NCBI GenBank assembly: GCA_964537625.1
Contig: CAZIAF010000001.1
Location: 1 to 57,976, forward strand
Length of the DNA: 57,976 nt
Reading direction: 5' to 3'
Source of the DNA: an uncultured Candidatus Bathyarchaeia archaeon
Lineage (GTDB): Archaea > Thermoproteota > Bathyarchaeia > TCS64
The notes beneath the pieces are model-generated. The model was not told the origin of the DNA, did not search any database, and saw nothing but the letters and a program-made list of their open reading frames with translations. Positions 1 to 9,513 of this stretch are shown here, piece by piece. Position 1 is the stretch's first letter. Every line of letters starts with the position of its first letter. The position numbers were made by a program, and so were the translations under genes.

Positions 1-558
1 TCCGTAGCTCCGCGCGACTTGGCGACGCTCTACACGTTTACAGCTCGGGCAAGTAAGGCGGCCTTTCTGGTCCTCTAGAATTCCGCCACAGCGGCTGCAG
101 TAGGCGTAGACAACACCATAATCTGGTCCAGCCATGCTGAGCTGGATGAGTCTGTTCTTAGTGTTTGCAACCACCGCTCGCACGATATCTCCGCCTCGGA
201 CAGCTTGTTCGAGGTCACGGCTGAACTCGCGTGCAACGTCGTTGACGTGGATGACTCCCGTGTATGTGGGTTCGACCTTCTTCCCGGCTAAACGGAAGAT
301 GTCTACACGAGCGTCCCTTCTGGTAACAGAACCCGCTTCAGCGATTACTATTAAACCCTCCTTAGGGAGTTTGAGGGGTTTTGTGACCTTCTTTACCTCT
401 AGCGACCGCCTCTCCTTGTTGAGCCTGGGTTCACCGAGTTCTTCGGAGCGTACCAATCCGTTCTCCTGGTAGCTACCTTCCCCATCGTTGTACTCCTCGA
501 TGACCGCGAGTTCCTCACCAGGGAAAACTTTACCCTCGATTTTTTTTGCCTTTGACAT
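1..558 (-). CDS. csl4: Exosome RNA-binding subunit Csl4 (3' end runs off the window; absent from the supplied ORF track)
   Basis: My own minus-strand translation from the ATG at 558-556 gives MSKAKKIEGKVFPGEELAVIEEYNDGEGSYQENG...GVIHVNDVAREF...CSRCGGILEDQKGRLTCPSCKRVERRQV. It stays open to position 1 (186 codons, no stop). The N-terminal PGEELAVIEEY block, the S1-like middle and the CxxC...CxxC zinc ribbon match the archaeal Csl4 layout. Confidence 0.8.
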   Translation of the reverse strand, partial: MSKAKKIEGKVFPGEELAVIEEYNDGEGSYQENGLVRSEELGEPRLNKERRSLEVKKVTKPLKLPKEGLIVIAEAGSVTRRDARVDIFRLAGKKVEPTYTGVIHVNDVAREFSRDLEQAVRGGDIVRAVVANTKNRLIQLSMAGPDYGVVYAYCSRCGGILEDQKGRLTCPSCKRVERRQVARSYG

Positions 559-665
559 GATTGTGCGCCTGTGATGTACGACGTATGCCGCTTAACTGTG
601 AACCAGTCCCTAGGGACCGGTCCTTTTATGCTCCCCCTTTTTAATAAACTGATTGGTGAAGCTTC

Positions 666-1667
666 CTACACGAAGTAGTCATGACCCCAAGTCTCCTCCC
701 AACTCCTCTCCCCAAGAAGCACCTCCGCCTCAACCACGGTGAGGATTGGGCGGTCAATGCCTGTAACACCGTCGACAGCAATTCTTGGGCAAGCGGTGTC
801 AATGAAAGCCCCTGGTTCGGTGAAGTTATTGAGGGCTTCGGCTCTAATCTCGTCCAAATATATTAACCGAGTCGAGAATCCCTTATTGGTGAGTTTTCTA
901 GTTAACTCTTTAGCTGTTTCGATGGCGCGTTGGCCAGGCTTGGAGCTGACGAGAACTCCGAGCGTCTTCACATTTTTAGCAGCTGTAATCGCAGCCATCC
1001 TACGTTTCGCAAGCTTCATGAGCTCGAAATCTCCGAGCTTTAATACGGTACCGTTATAGGGATTAGCTACAACAACGGGTTTTCCTGTCGATAGAGCGAG
1101 GCCTAGAGGGTGGAATTTTCCACCACCAATGAAAAGGTAACCATCGACGTCCTCGAGTAGGTTTGTTGCGGCGGTATAGTTGCAGCCGAGTACCTGCCCG
1201 TTTTCGGGTGTTACGCCGGCGCCATCGCCAATGAGAGTATTAATCCCTTTACTCCTAAGGGACTCTGCGACTTCTTGTAGCTGAGTGGTGTGCTGTATGG
1301 TTGAAGTAAGCCCTACCCTTCTCCAGCCTTCAAGATGGGGTGCGATTACTTCCACGAGCTTCTCAATGTCTATAGATATTCTTGCCTCGACATAGAATAT
1401 TGGCACTTCTGACTCTTTAACGAAGCAAGCATGGCCGTAGTGGACGAGAAGGTCTGCGTTGAGTTCTCTAGCCTGCCGAGTCGCGAGGTCACAGGCGCCA
1501 AAACAGGAGTCCCCACTCAGGATTATCTCTATCCCCGTTGCCTTAACGAGATAATCTGCCATCTGAAATGCGAAAGGCCTAATCCCGTCGGGGAGCTGGA
1601 GGAGCACACGTTTTGTGCCTTTGTCCTTTATTTCCTCAACAACCCGGTCAAGCTCGAGTTCATACAT
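666..1667 (-). CDS. dph2: Diphthamide biosynthesis enzyme Dph2 (2-(3-amino-3-carboxypropyl)histidine synthase)
   Basis: 333-aa ORF. MYELELDRVVEEIKDKGTKRVLLQLPDGIRPFAF..., the overall length and conserved Cys positions are typical of archaeal Dph2. Confidence 0.85.
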   Translation of the reverse strand: MYELELDRVVEEIKDKGTKRVLLQLPDGIRPFAFQMADYLVKATGIEIILSGDSCFGACDLATRQARELNADLLVHYGHACFVKESEVPIFYVEARISIDIEKLVEVIAPHLEGWRRVGLTSTIQHTTQLQEVAESLRSKGINTLIGDGAGVTPENGQVLGCNYTAATNLLEDVDGYLFIGGGKFHPLGLALSTGKPVVVANPYNGTVLKLGDFELMKLAKRRMAAITAAKNVKTLGVLVSSKPGQRAIETAKELTRKLTNKGFSTRLIYLDEIRAEALNNFTEPGAFIDTACPRIAVDGVTGIDRPILTVVEAEVLLGERSWEETWGHDYFV

Positions 1668-1730
1668 GCAATTGTAAGGTAGATTGCAACCTTAAAATAG
1701 GCTCCGGGATTGAGGTAAACCCGAGGAAAT

Positions 1731-3110
1731 ATGACCCTCGAAAAGGTTTTCAGGTACATAGACGACAACCGTGACGAGTATCTACGCCACTGCCAAGAGC
1801 TTCTCAGACAACCTAGTGTCTCAGGAGAACGTGAGAATGTCTACAGGTGCTCCGAAATTGTTCGCGACTTGATTAATGAGACCGGAGCTAAAGCTGATCT
1901 GATCCCCGTCGTCGGCGAAGGCAACCCAATAGTATATGGAACACTTCTCAACAGAAATGCTCATCACACGATCGTCGCATATCAGATGTACGATACTCAG
2001 CCCTTCGGTGAACTCGATAAATGGTCTTCACCTCCCAATAAGGCCGAGGTTGTCGACGGCAGGATCATAGCACGAGGAGCCATAAATAGCAAAGGAGTCC
2101 TTGTTGCTGAACTCATGGCGATAAAAGCCCTCCTAGAAACGATGGGTGAGGTACCTGTAAATGTCGTTTTTACCTTCGATGGCGAAGAAGAGGTAGGTAG
2201 CTGGCAGCTCCGTAAGTTCCTGAAGGAGCAACCCGAGAAGATGAGGGGGGCTGAAGCGGAGTGGTGCCCTAGTACCTTCAGCATCGACTATAAGGACACC
2301 CGAATAACCCTCGGTGGTAAGGGTTGCATCGACATACAACTCGTCGTCGATCACAGCCGTGGCCCTATCCATAGTAGCTGTGCACCGGTGGTCGAGAACC
2401 CAGCATGGCGCCTCGTCTGGGCGCTCGAGAGCATGAGAGGGAACGATGGACGCATTGCGATCGATGGTTTCTACGACGACATCAAGGGACCTGAGCTTGG
2501 CGACCAAGAGATGCTTAAAAAACTCGCAGCCGCTGGGGAAGAAGAGAAGATGAAGAATCAGTGGAGTGTCCAAAGTTTCATTCGAGACCTCCACGACGTT
2601 GACCTCATACAAGCCTATATGTTTGAGCCAACTCTCACGATAAACGGCCTCCAATCCGGCTACGTCGGTCCAGCAGCATACACAATTAATCCTGGCTTAG
2701 CGATGGCGAACATGGATATCCGCCTCGTGCCTGGCATGGACGCTGATGACATCTGGAATAAGATCAAAAACCACCTCCAGAAACACGGTTTTGGTGACGT
2801 TGAGGTCCGTCTCAATGGATGGAAAGCTAATGCCCACAGGAGCCCCTCTGATACCCGAATCGTGATGGCCCACAGGAAAGCAATCGAGGCAATGGGATTC
2901 AACCCTCCTCTCACCTATCCTATGAGTGGAGGTACTGGTCCCAGCATGTACTATACAGCTCCACCACTCAAAATGGTCTCAGCATCATCGGGCAGCGAGG
3001 GTATGCCTCCTCACAACGCACATGCACCCAACGAGTGGATAGGCGTTGAAGAGTTCATCACGACAATTAAGATGTGCGCTACTTTCCTATGGAAATATGG
3101 CAGCCTCTAG
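1731..3110 (+). CDS. M20-family metallopeptidase / dipeptidase (ArgE/DapE/CPG2-like)
   Basis: 459-aa ORF with M20 hallmarks: AYQMYDTQP, FDGEEEVGS (metal-binding EE) and a C-terminal HAPNE block. Confidence 0.8.
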   Translation: MTLEKVFRYIDDNRDEYLRHCQELLRQPSVSGERENVYRCSEIVRDLINETGAKADLIPVVGEGNPIVYGTLLNRNAHHTIVAYQMYDTQPFGELDKWSSPPNKAEVVDGRIIARGAINSKGVLVAELMAIKALLETMGEVPVNVVFTFDGEEEVGSWQLRKFLKEQPEKMRGAEAEWCPSTFSIDYKDTRITLGGKGCIDIQLVVDHSRGPIHSSCAPVVENPAWRLVWALESMRGNDGRIAIDGFYDDIKGPELGDQEMLKKLAAAGEEEKMKNQWSVQSFIRDLHDVDLIQAYMFEPTLTINGLQSGYVGPAAYTINPGLAMANMDIRLVPGMDADDIWNKIKNHLQKHGFGDVEVRLNGWKANAHRSPSDTRIVMAHRKAIEAMGFNPPLTYPMSGGTGPSMYYTAPPLKMVSASSGSEGMPPHNAHAPNEWIGVEEFITTIKMCATFLWKYGSL

Positions 3111-3128
3111 AAAAAGGGAAAACCTATA

Positions 3129-3629
3129 CTAATCGCTTTTTTCTTTTACAAAGATCCTGCTAGGGAGCGGGACCTTATCCATCGCCCTCTTAAGAGCTTC
3201 CTTCGCAATTTCAACGCCATCCTGCTCGACCTCGATGACGATAAGTGGCTCCCCACGTTTTACTCGTGCTGCAGAACCGGTGGGCTTACCATAGGGTCGC
3301 TTCATTCCCTCCTGGAAACGGTCAGCCTGAGCAACGTTAATCCTCTTGTGCTCGCGGAGCACGATATGGGGGAACGGAACCACCTTCATAATGTAAAGGT
3401 CCTTGCCCAGCTGGAGTTCCAACAACCTATTGCATGCGATGCGGGCTGACTCTAGGCTGTTGCCTCTGATTTGGCCGTGCTCGAGGTTGATTAGCTCCAC
3501 ACTGATCGGGAACTTCTTGCCAGTATTTCCCATAGTGAACTTTACTATCTTGTGGCCGGGGACACCGCCCATGAACTTTCGTCGCGTATAGGCCATGCGG
3601 TCGGGGTTCCTGAAGTTCCTAGCGTTCAA
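3129..3629 (-). CDS. rpl10e: 50S ribosomal protein L10e (uL16)
   Basis: 166 aa. The AYTRRKFMGGVPGHKIVKFTMGN... signature matches archaeal L10e. Confidence 0.95.
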   Translation of the reverse strand: MNARNFRNPDRMAYTRRKFMGGVPGHKIVKFTMGNTGKKFPISVELINLEHGQIRGNSLESARIACNRLLELQLGKDLYIMKVVPFPHIVLREHKRINVAQADRFQEGMKRPYGKPTGSAARVKRGEPLIVIEVEQDGVEIAKEALKRAMDKVPLPSRIFVKEKSD

Positions 3630-3925
3630 TGTTTATCCACACACAAGCACATTAGGATTCTTAAAAAGATAATGGCTCGAAGTCTTTCTCAATAGTTCTG
3701 CGCGTAGCTCGGATAAATTAAGATAATTTGGCTGCCCATAAAGTTGCTTTATGCAGGTTTGGCTAGGTTACTTCCCATCTTGGTGAGTAGAACTACTTTC
3801 TTGAATTTCTTCTGTGCTCAACTCGCCATCAATAAGTTTGAGTTTTTGCCATGTCACAACAAGAAACTAGTGCAACTTTTCCTGAGCTGATTCATTCAAC
3901 ATTCCTCATCGCGTGAAGTTTCATT

Positions 3926-4507
3926 CTAGTAAGGGCGGTCTGCGCTTGGCCTTGTGAAGAGTAGGTACTTCTCCTCCTGACTCAGCTCCTCAAGAACCCT
4001 TTTTGAGATCAAGCCAACCAGATCCTTCAGATTGACCCTCTCCTCGATGTCTTGGAAGCTTTTAAACGGATACTTTTCGCGTATATCGAGGATCTGGAAC
4101 ATCAGTCTCTTTCCGATGCCTGGGATTAGCTCAAGACTGTGCATTCTGGGTGTTACAGACTGGCTTGTATTAAAGAAGTTGACGAAGAAGGATTCATTTG
4201 CCTTAACTATCAGTTCGATGACGCCAGGCAGCTCTACCTTCGCTGTGTTTGTAAGATCGTTGTATGCGATCCTTCCAATTACGTGAGATACGAATGCCCT
4301 ATCACCCTTACCGACGAATATCCTATCCCTGGGGTTATAATCGGCATCCTTTCGCGGCGACGCCTCTAATAGGGTGAAGTAGGACTCTCCAGCCATCTGG
4401 ATTACACCTGATGTCGTATGGGGTGTCCGCGGTGCACCTGGGCGGCCGTGGGACAGAAAGTCTAGGACGTAAGCGTACTCCTCGTATTTTTTCTGGTCCC
4501 TATACAA
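3926..4507 (-). CDS. DUF655/COG1491 putative RNA-binding protein (HhH-containing)
   Basis: EEYAYVLDFL...FTLLEA...FVNFFN...LELIPGIGKRLM motifs. It sits in the conserved archaeal rpl21e-rpoF-COG1491 arrangement. Confidence 0.8.
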   Translation of the reverse strand: MYRDQKKYEEYAYVLDFLSHGRPGAPRTPHTTSGVIQMAGESYFTLLEASPRKDADYNPRDRIFVGKGDRAFVSHVIGRIAYNDLTNTAKVELPGVIELIVKANESFFVNFFNTSQSVTPRMHSLELIPGIGKRLMFQILDIREKYPFKSFQDIEERVNLKDLVGLISKRVLEELSQEEKYLLFTRPSADRPY

Positions 4508-4539
4508 GTCTGATCACGACTCTGTAAATCTACAGGAAT

Positions 4540-4866
4540 CTATGCGTTGGTCCTGTATTTCTTAATTATCATTAGAATGCTATTAACGGCATCTTCAGAG
4601 ATGATCCTCTGTCGACCTAGAAAAGTGCGTATCTCTGGGATGCTCCCTGGCATACAGTTCGCCATCTGTACAGCGAGTTGTCTTTCAATGCTTCCTTTCT
4701 CCATCAACTCAGCAACGAGTTTTTCGGAGTCTTCGCTACTCTCCTTAGTGAAGCGAACAGTGTAATCTAGGACTCGGCGCTGTAGGGGATCGAGCTCCTC
4801 TACCTTCGCCTCAAGAATTGCCTTCGCTTCTGCTACTGTGATCTCCTTCTTCTCGACTGTGGACAT
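4540..4866 (-). CDS. rpoF: DNA-directed RNA polymerase subunit Rpo4 (RpoF)
   Basis: 108 aa, Rpo4/F-like (EAKAILEAK...LQRRVLDYTVRFTK). It lies immediately downstream of rpl21e, as in many archaea. Confidence 0.85.
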   Translation of the reverse strand: MSTVEKKEITVAEAKAILEAKVEELDPLQRRVLDYTVRFTKESSEDSEKLVAELMEKGSIERQLAVQMANCMPGSIPEIRTFLGRQRIISEDAVNSILMIIKKYRTNA

Positions 4867-4878
4867 GGATTCAGCCCC

Positions 4879-5175
4879 TTACCTATCTGTGTGTTTTCGT
4901 AGGTGCTGGGGGAGGGCAATAATTGTTTTAACGATCTTTGTCTGTGGAATATGAAGGACATAGGCTTTTCCGCGTTTAGCGACGACCGTGGCGACTTGCC
5001 CCTGGAACCTCTTATGGGGCATCCCTTTGTGAATGGCTGAGTCGATCATGATTATGACCTTGTCACCTTCACCATATTTTGTAAGGAGTCTGCTTAATGG
5101 TAGCTTGCCATGCTCCCTTACATTCTTGGTGAGTACAGCCCTGCTTTTTCTTCGTGGTCCTTTGCTTTTTCCCAT
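4879..5175 (-). CDS. rpl21e: 50S ribosomal protein L21e
   Basis: 98 aa: MGKSKGPRRKSR...HKGMPHKRFQGQVATVV. Confidence 0.95.
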   Translation of the reverse strand: MGKSKGPRRKSRAVLTKNVREHGKLPLSRLLTKYGEGDKVIIMIDSAIHKGMPHKRFQGQVATVVAKRGKAYVLHIPQTKIVKTIIALPQHLRKHTDR

Positions 5176-5316
5176 TATTTTCGCCCCGTCTTCGGGACCT
5201 TAGCCCCGATTGAGCACCACACCTTATCAACGCACTCTTTTATAAGTTCTATTAATTTTCGACTGTATCTCACGCAGGTCTTTTTAAAGAATGCAACAAA
5301 ACTTAAGCCTGTGATA

Positions 5317-7275
5317 ATGTTGGCAAAAAAGAAGCCAGTTGAGATAAAGGATCTTTTCAAGCTTCGTTTGGTTTCTGACCCTCAGATATCCCCGGATGGG
5401 AATAGGATCGCTTTCGTCCATACCGTGATTGACTACGATAAGGACGAATATCTTAACGATATCTGGATGGCAGATGCGAAGACAGGGGCATTGGGTCAGT
5501 TTACGTCAGGTCGAGGTAAGGACAAAAATCCCTGCTGGTCCCCCGACGGGAAACAGCTGCTCTTCACCTCAATATCCCCAGCTAATGATGATGAGGAAAA
5601 GAAAAAACCCCAGCTCTACATAATACAGGTAGGTGGGGGAGAAGCGAGGAAACTCACCGACCTCAAATTCGGCGTCGAGATGCCGAAGTGGTCATCAGAC
5701 GGGAAGCAGATACTATTCATTAATCCAACCCAGCCTGTGGAGACGAAGAACGATGTAAAACATATAACTCGTCTCAGCTACAAATTTAACGGGCGAGGCT
5801 TCTATAACGGCGTCTATAAACACGTTTTCACCGTGTCCTTGAAAGGAGGAAAACCGAAGCAGATCACCCACGGCGATTTCGATGTCCACGCAGCCGAATG
5901 GCTGGGAAAGTCGATCATATTCATTGGTAACAACGAGCTGGACGCCGAAAGAGAAGGCTACGAATACATCTACCTCATCGATGCAAAGGATAAACCGAAG
6001 AGGCTGATTGAGGGTACATGGAATATTGAGACTGTAGAGGTTTCCCCAAACAGGAAACAGATCGCTTTCTCAGGCCACGACTATCGGAAGGGCGGCGCTA
6101 CCAAACACGATATCTGGATCATACCTTACGACGGAGGAACTCCTAAGAAGCTTACCGTCGACTTCGAACCCGACTTGGGTGTAAAAATAAGTAGTGATGT
6201 CCGCATCTCCTCCTCCGACCCTACACCTTTCTGGCACAACGATGGTCACATCTATTTCACATCAAACTTCGCCGGTGTCAGTAACCTCAACCGCATCAAG
6301 GAGGATGGTGGGACTGTGGAGCGCCTCCTCGGGGAAATCGACCACAGTGTCGAAGCCTGGAGCATCAATAATGGTGGCGCTATAGCCTACACAACTCTCG
6401 CGGTCACTAAGCCCTCAGACCTCTGGGTGAATAGTGATGGCAATGCCAAGCAACTCACCAACTTTAACAGGAGGTGGCTTGATAGCCTCGACCTACGAAC
6501 CCACGAAAGGATCGAATTCAAGTCCAGTGGGGGTCACACAGTGGAGGGTTGGATTATGAAGCCAAGCGCCTTCAGGATTGGGAAGAAGTACCCGATGGCT
6601 TTGGAGATTCACGGTGGCCCTCGAGGTGTATTCGGTTACGCTCTTATGCACGAGCACCAAGTCCTTGCTGGTCAGGGATGGGGAGTCATGTACATCAACC
6701 CCTGGGGGAGCGGCGGATACACAGAAGATTATCAGGCGGGGCTTCCCGGCCACTACGGTGAACGGGACTATGCTGACATCATGGAGGCATGCGACTACTG
6801 CATAAAGACCTTCAAATGGGTCGATGGGGACCGCCTCGCTTGCCTTGGTGGCAGTTATGGCGGCTTCATGACCAACTGGATTGTCACTCAAACCACCAGA
6901 TTTAAAGCTGCAGTTACGATGCGCAGTATCAGCAACTGGGTAAGCTTCTTCGGAACCTCGGACATAGGGTGGACCTTCGGGAAACGAGAGATTCTTGGAC
7001 TACCTTGGGATCACGAAGAGAAATTCATGGCGAAGAGCCCGATAAGGTATGTGAAGAATGTAAAAACCCCTACACTCGTGATACACAGCGAGGAGGACTT
7101 TAGGTGCCCAATCGAACAGGGAGAGCAGTTCTACACTGCACTCAAATACCTGAACGTGTCGACTGAATTTCTTAGATTCCCGAAGGAGAATCATGAGTTG
7201 AGTCGCAGCGGTAAACCTAAACACAGGGAGATCCGTCTTGAGAACATAGTCCGCTGGTTGAAGACGTACCTCTAG
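5317..7275 (+). CDS. S9-family serine peptidase (acylaminoacyl-peptidase / prolyl-oligopeptidase-like)
   Basis: N-terminal beta-propeller-type repeats (SPDG..., WSPDGKQLLF, WSSDGKQILF). The C-terminal hydrolase domain has GGSYGGFMTNW (Ser nucleophile), HSEEDFRCP and ENHELS. I moved the start to the ATG at 5317 (MLAKKKPVEIK) because the track's 5110 start overlaps rpl21e. Confidence 0.9.
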   Translation: MLAKKKPVEIKDLFKLRLVSDPQISPDGNRIAFVHTVIDYDKDEYLNDIWMADAKTGALGQFTSGRGKDKNPCWSPDGKQLLFTSISPANDDEEKKKPQLYIIQVGGGEARKLTDLKFGVEMPKWSSDGKQILFINPTQPVETKNDVKHITRLSYKFNGRGFYNGVYKHVFTVSLKGGKPKQITHGDFDVHAAEWLGKSIIFIGNNELDAEREGYEYIYLIDAKDKPKRLIEGTWNIETVEVSPNRKQIAFSGHDYRKGGATKHDIWIIPYDGGTPKKLTVDFEPDLGVKISSDVRISSSDPTPFWHNDGHIYFTSNFAGVSNLNRIKEDGGTVERLLGEIDHSVEAWSINNGGAIAYTTLAVTKPSDLWVNSDGNAKQLTNFNRRWLDSLDLRTHERIEFKSSGGHTVEGWIMKPSAFRIGKKYPMALEIHGGPRGVFGYALMHEHQVLAGQGWGVMYINPWGSGGYTEDYQAGLPGHYGERDYADIMEACDYCIKTFKWVDGDRLACLGGSYGGFMTNWIVTQTTRFKAAVTMRSISNWVSFFGTSDIGWTFGKREILGLPWDHEEKFMAKSPIRYVKNVKTPTLVIHSEEDFRCPIEQGEQFYTALKYLNVSTEFLRFPKENHELSRSGKPKHREIRLENIVRWLKTYL

Positions 7276-7289
7276 TAGTTTTCCTTTCT

Positions 7290-8618
7290 TTACTTCTGGA
7301 ACATCTTGAAGGGCATGCTTCGGAGCCTGCGGTTTCCCTTTAACTGCTTGAACATCTTCTTCATGTTGTCGTGTTGCTTGACTAGTTCTTTTACCTCAGC
7401 CTCGGTAGTGCCTGAGCCTCGGGCGATGCGTTTCATTCGACTCGAGTTGATTACCTTGGGGTCCTCCTTCTCCTCAACTGTCATGCTCCTTATGATAACC
7501 TTCCACCGATCGAGACGCTCCTCAGCCTTTTCCATGTCGGCCTCAGGGAGCTTGTAGCTCATTCCCGGTATCATGCCAAGAACTTTCTGGATGGGACCCA
7601 TTTTGCTCATGGCTTCAAACTGGTCATACATGTCCTGGAGGGTGAACTTACCGCTCATCATGGCTCGGACATCCTTCTCTGAGGGCTGGATCTCGGCCTC
7701 CTTGACCTTAGCTACTAGACCATCTATGTCTCCCATCCCAAGGAGACGGCCGACGAAACGACTCGGAGCGAAAGGCTCGATATCTTCGATCTTCTCACCA
7801 GTGCCGATAAACTTGATTGGTGCTCCGGTGGCTGCTACACTGCTGAGGGCACCTCCACCACGGGCTGTGCCGTCGAGCTTGCTAACTATGATGCTTCCAA
7901 CTTGAGTCGCATCCTTGAAGGCTTGAGCCTGTGAGGAGGCTTGCTGTCCTATAGTACCATCGAGGACTAGAACGATCTCCTGGGGCTTTACGGCAACAGC
8001 GATCTGCTGCATCTCTTCAATGAGACTCCTCTCTTCCTTGTGACGCCCGGAAGTATCAAGGATGACGACTTCGTAGCTCTTGAACCACTCCACACCATGT
8101 TTGGCTACTGAGACTGGGTCCTTGCTCTCCTCTTCACCGTAGAAGTCGATCTTGATCTGCTCCGCCAGCTGCTTCAACTGGTTATAAGCCCCAGGACGGA
8201 ATGTGTCGCAGGTGATTAGCCCAGTTTTGAATCCCCGTTTCTGGTAATATCTAGCGAGTTTCCCCGCTGTAGTTGTTTTACCCGATCCCTGTATACCGAT
8301 GAGCATTACTACATTCTGCTTCCCCGGCTGGATCTTGATATCTTCCTGCTTCTCGCCGACGAAATGAGTCAACTCGTCGTAAACGACCTTAACAATGTGC
8401 TCACGGCGGCTAATGCCTGGGGGTAATTCCTGGCCCAAAGCACGCTTCTCTATGTTCTGGCTGAGCTGCATGACAAGGCCGACATTGACGTCGGCTTGGA
8501 GCAGAGCTCTTTGGAAGTCACGGATCAACTCCTTGACAAGTGCCTCGTCGACAACGGGTGCCCTGATTACCTTACGTAAAGCGTCATAGAGGCTTGACCC
8601 CAGCTTCTCCAGAACCAT
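7290..8618 (-). CDS. srp54: Signal recognition particle protein SRP54
   Basis: G-domain motifs GIQGSGKTTTAGKLA, DTSGRH and SKLDGTARGG, followed by a Met-rich M domain. The start is placed at MVLEKLGSSLYDAL (ATG 8618) rather than at the 20-codon upstream extension. Confidence 0.95.
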   Translation of the reverse strand: MVLEKLGSSLYDALRKVIRAPVVDEALVKELIRDFQRALLQADVNVGLVMQLSQNIEKRALGQELPPGISRREHIVKVVYDELTHFVGEKQEDIKIQPGKQNVVMLIGIQGSGKTTTAGKLARYYQKRGFKTGLITCDTFRPGAYNQLKQLAEQIKIDFYGEEESKDPVSVAKHGVEWFKSYEVVILDTSGRHKEERSLIEEMQQIAVAVKPQEIVLVLDGTIGQQASSQAQAFKDATQVGSIIVSKLDGTARGGGALSSVAATGAPIKFIGTGEKIEDIEPFAPSRFVGRLLGMGDIDGLVAKVKEAEIQPSEKDVRAMMSGKFTLQDMYDQFEAMSKMGPIQKVLGMIPGMSYKLPEADMEKAEERLDRWKVIIRSMTVEEKEDPKVINSSRMKRIARGSGTTEAEVKELVKQHDNMKKMFKQLKGNRRLRSMPFKMFQK

Positions 8619-9282
8619 CGGTTTTCGTATATATTCAGTTGGCGAATGGATTAAATGTTGCCGTGGCTTGGTTACCAAAAATTAGCATACAGCAGTAAAT
8701 GTAACGAGTGTAACCGCATTTTAGTGGTTGGTTTGGATATAATTCCTTGTCAGAAATGTTCTCTTCTTTATATTGAAGGATTTTTAGGCGGGTTTATACC
8801 ATAGCAATGATATCTTTAAGTACCATTCTACGATTTTAATCGTGAAAGGTACTACGGCTAGACTGAATGTAAAGGAGTATGAGAAGAAAATAAGAAAAAT
8901 GTTTAAACAGAATATCCGGAAAAGAAAGCAACTAAAGACCTCGGTGAAATCTGTGGTCGCAGAAAGACTTGAGCAAGCTAAAAACTCGGAAGCAGGCTTG
9001 AACGTTTTACCTAACAACCCTGACTAGAGACGATTAAAAACTAATCTTTGCATATTTTAACCTCACCACTTTGTGAAATAAACTGGCTCACTAAAGCCTG
9101 ATGTTTTTTAGCTCCTCTTTTTCGAATTTATACAAGTCTCATTCAGAGAAAAGAATTGGTTTCCCTCTAAGAGACCAATCAGTACTAGCGAAAACCTCTT
9201 ATCATTCTCGATATTGTATAAGGACTTCAGTGTTTTCACTATAGAGGTACATTTTATGGTCAACGACAAGATAGGTGATACC

Positions 9283-9513
9283 ATGGCTCAGCGAGCTGAG
9301 CGTAAGAAACTCAAGGTAGGCTTCATACTCTTCGCGGCATACTTCGTAGGTTATACCGCATTCACCTTCGCTGGGACCTTCGCCCATGACATCCTCTTGA
9401 TCAGGCTTTTTGGTGTCAACTTGGGTATCGTCAGCGGTATGGCAATCATTATTTCTGCTATTTTGATCGCCGTATTCTATAACTGGTACTCAGGAAAAGT
9501 GGAGGCTGAATGA
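9283..9513 (+). CDS. DUF485 (YjcH-like) small membrane protein
   Basis: Two predicted TM helices (FILFAAYFVGYTAFTFAGTF..., GMAIIISAILIAVFY). Its stop overlaps the start of the downstream symporter (ATGA at 9510-9513), like the yjcH-actP pair. The start could also be 9256 or 9214. Confidence 0.7.
   Translation: MAQRAERKKLKVGFILFAAYFVGYTAFTFAGTFAHDILLIRLFGVNLGIVSGMAIIISAILIAVFYNWYSGKVEAE

Noticed and set aside
134-472. 112-aa plus-strand ORF at the left edge.
   Set aside because: It lies entirely antisense to a much better-supported gene, csl4 (minus strand, open from 558 to the window edge). Its Ser/Thr/Arg-rich translation matches nothing recognisable. It is a shadow ORF.
5110-5316. 69-codon N-terminal extension of the S9 peptidase ORF.
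   Set aside because: It overlaps the rpl21e coding region and promoter and translates to low-complexity sequence. The conserved protein begins at MLAKKKPVEIK (ATG 5317).
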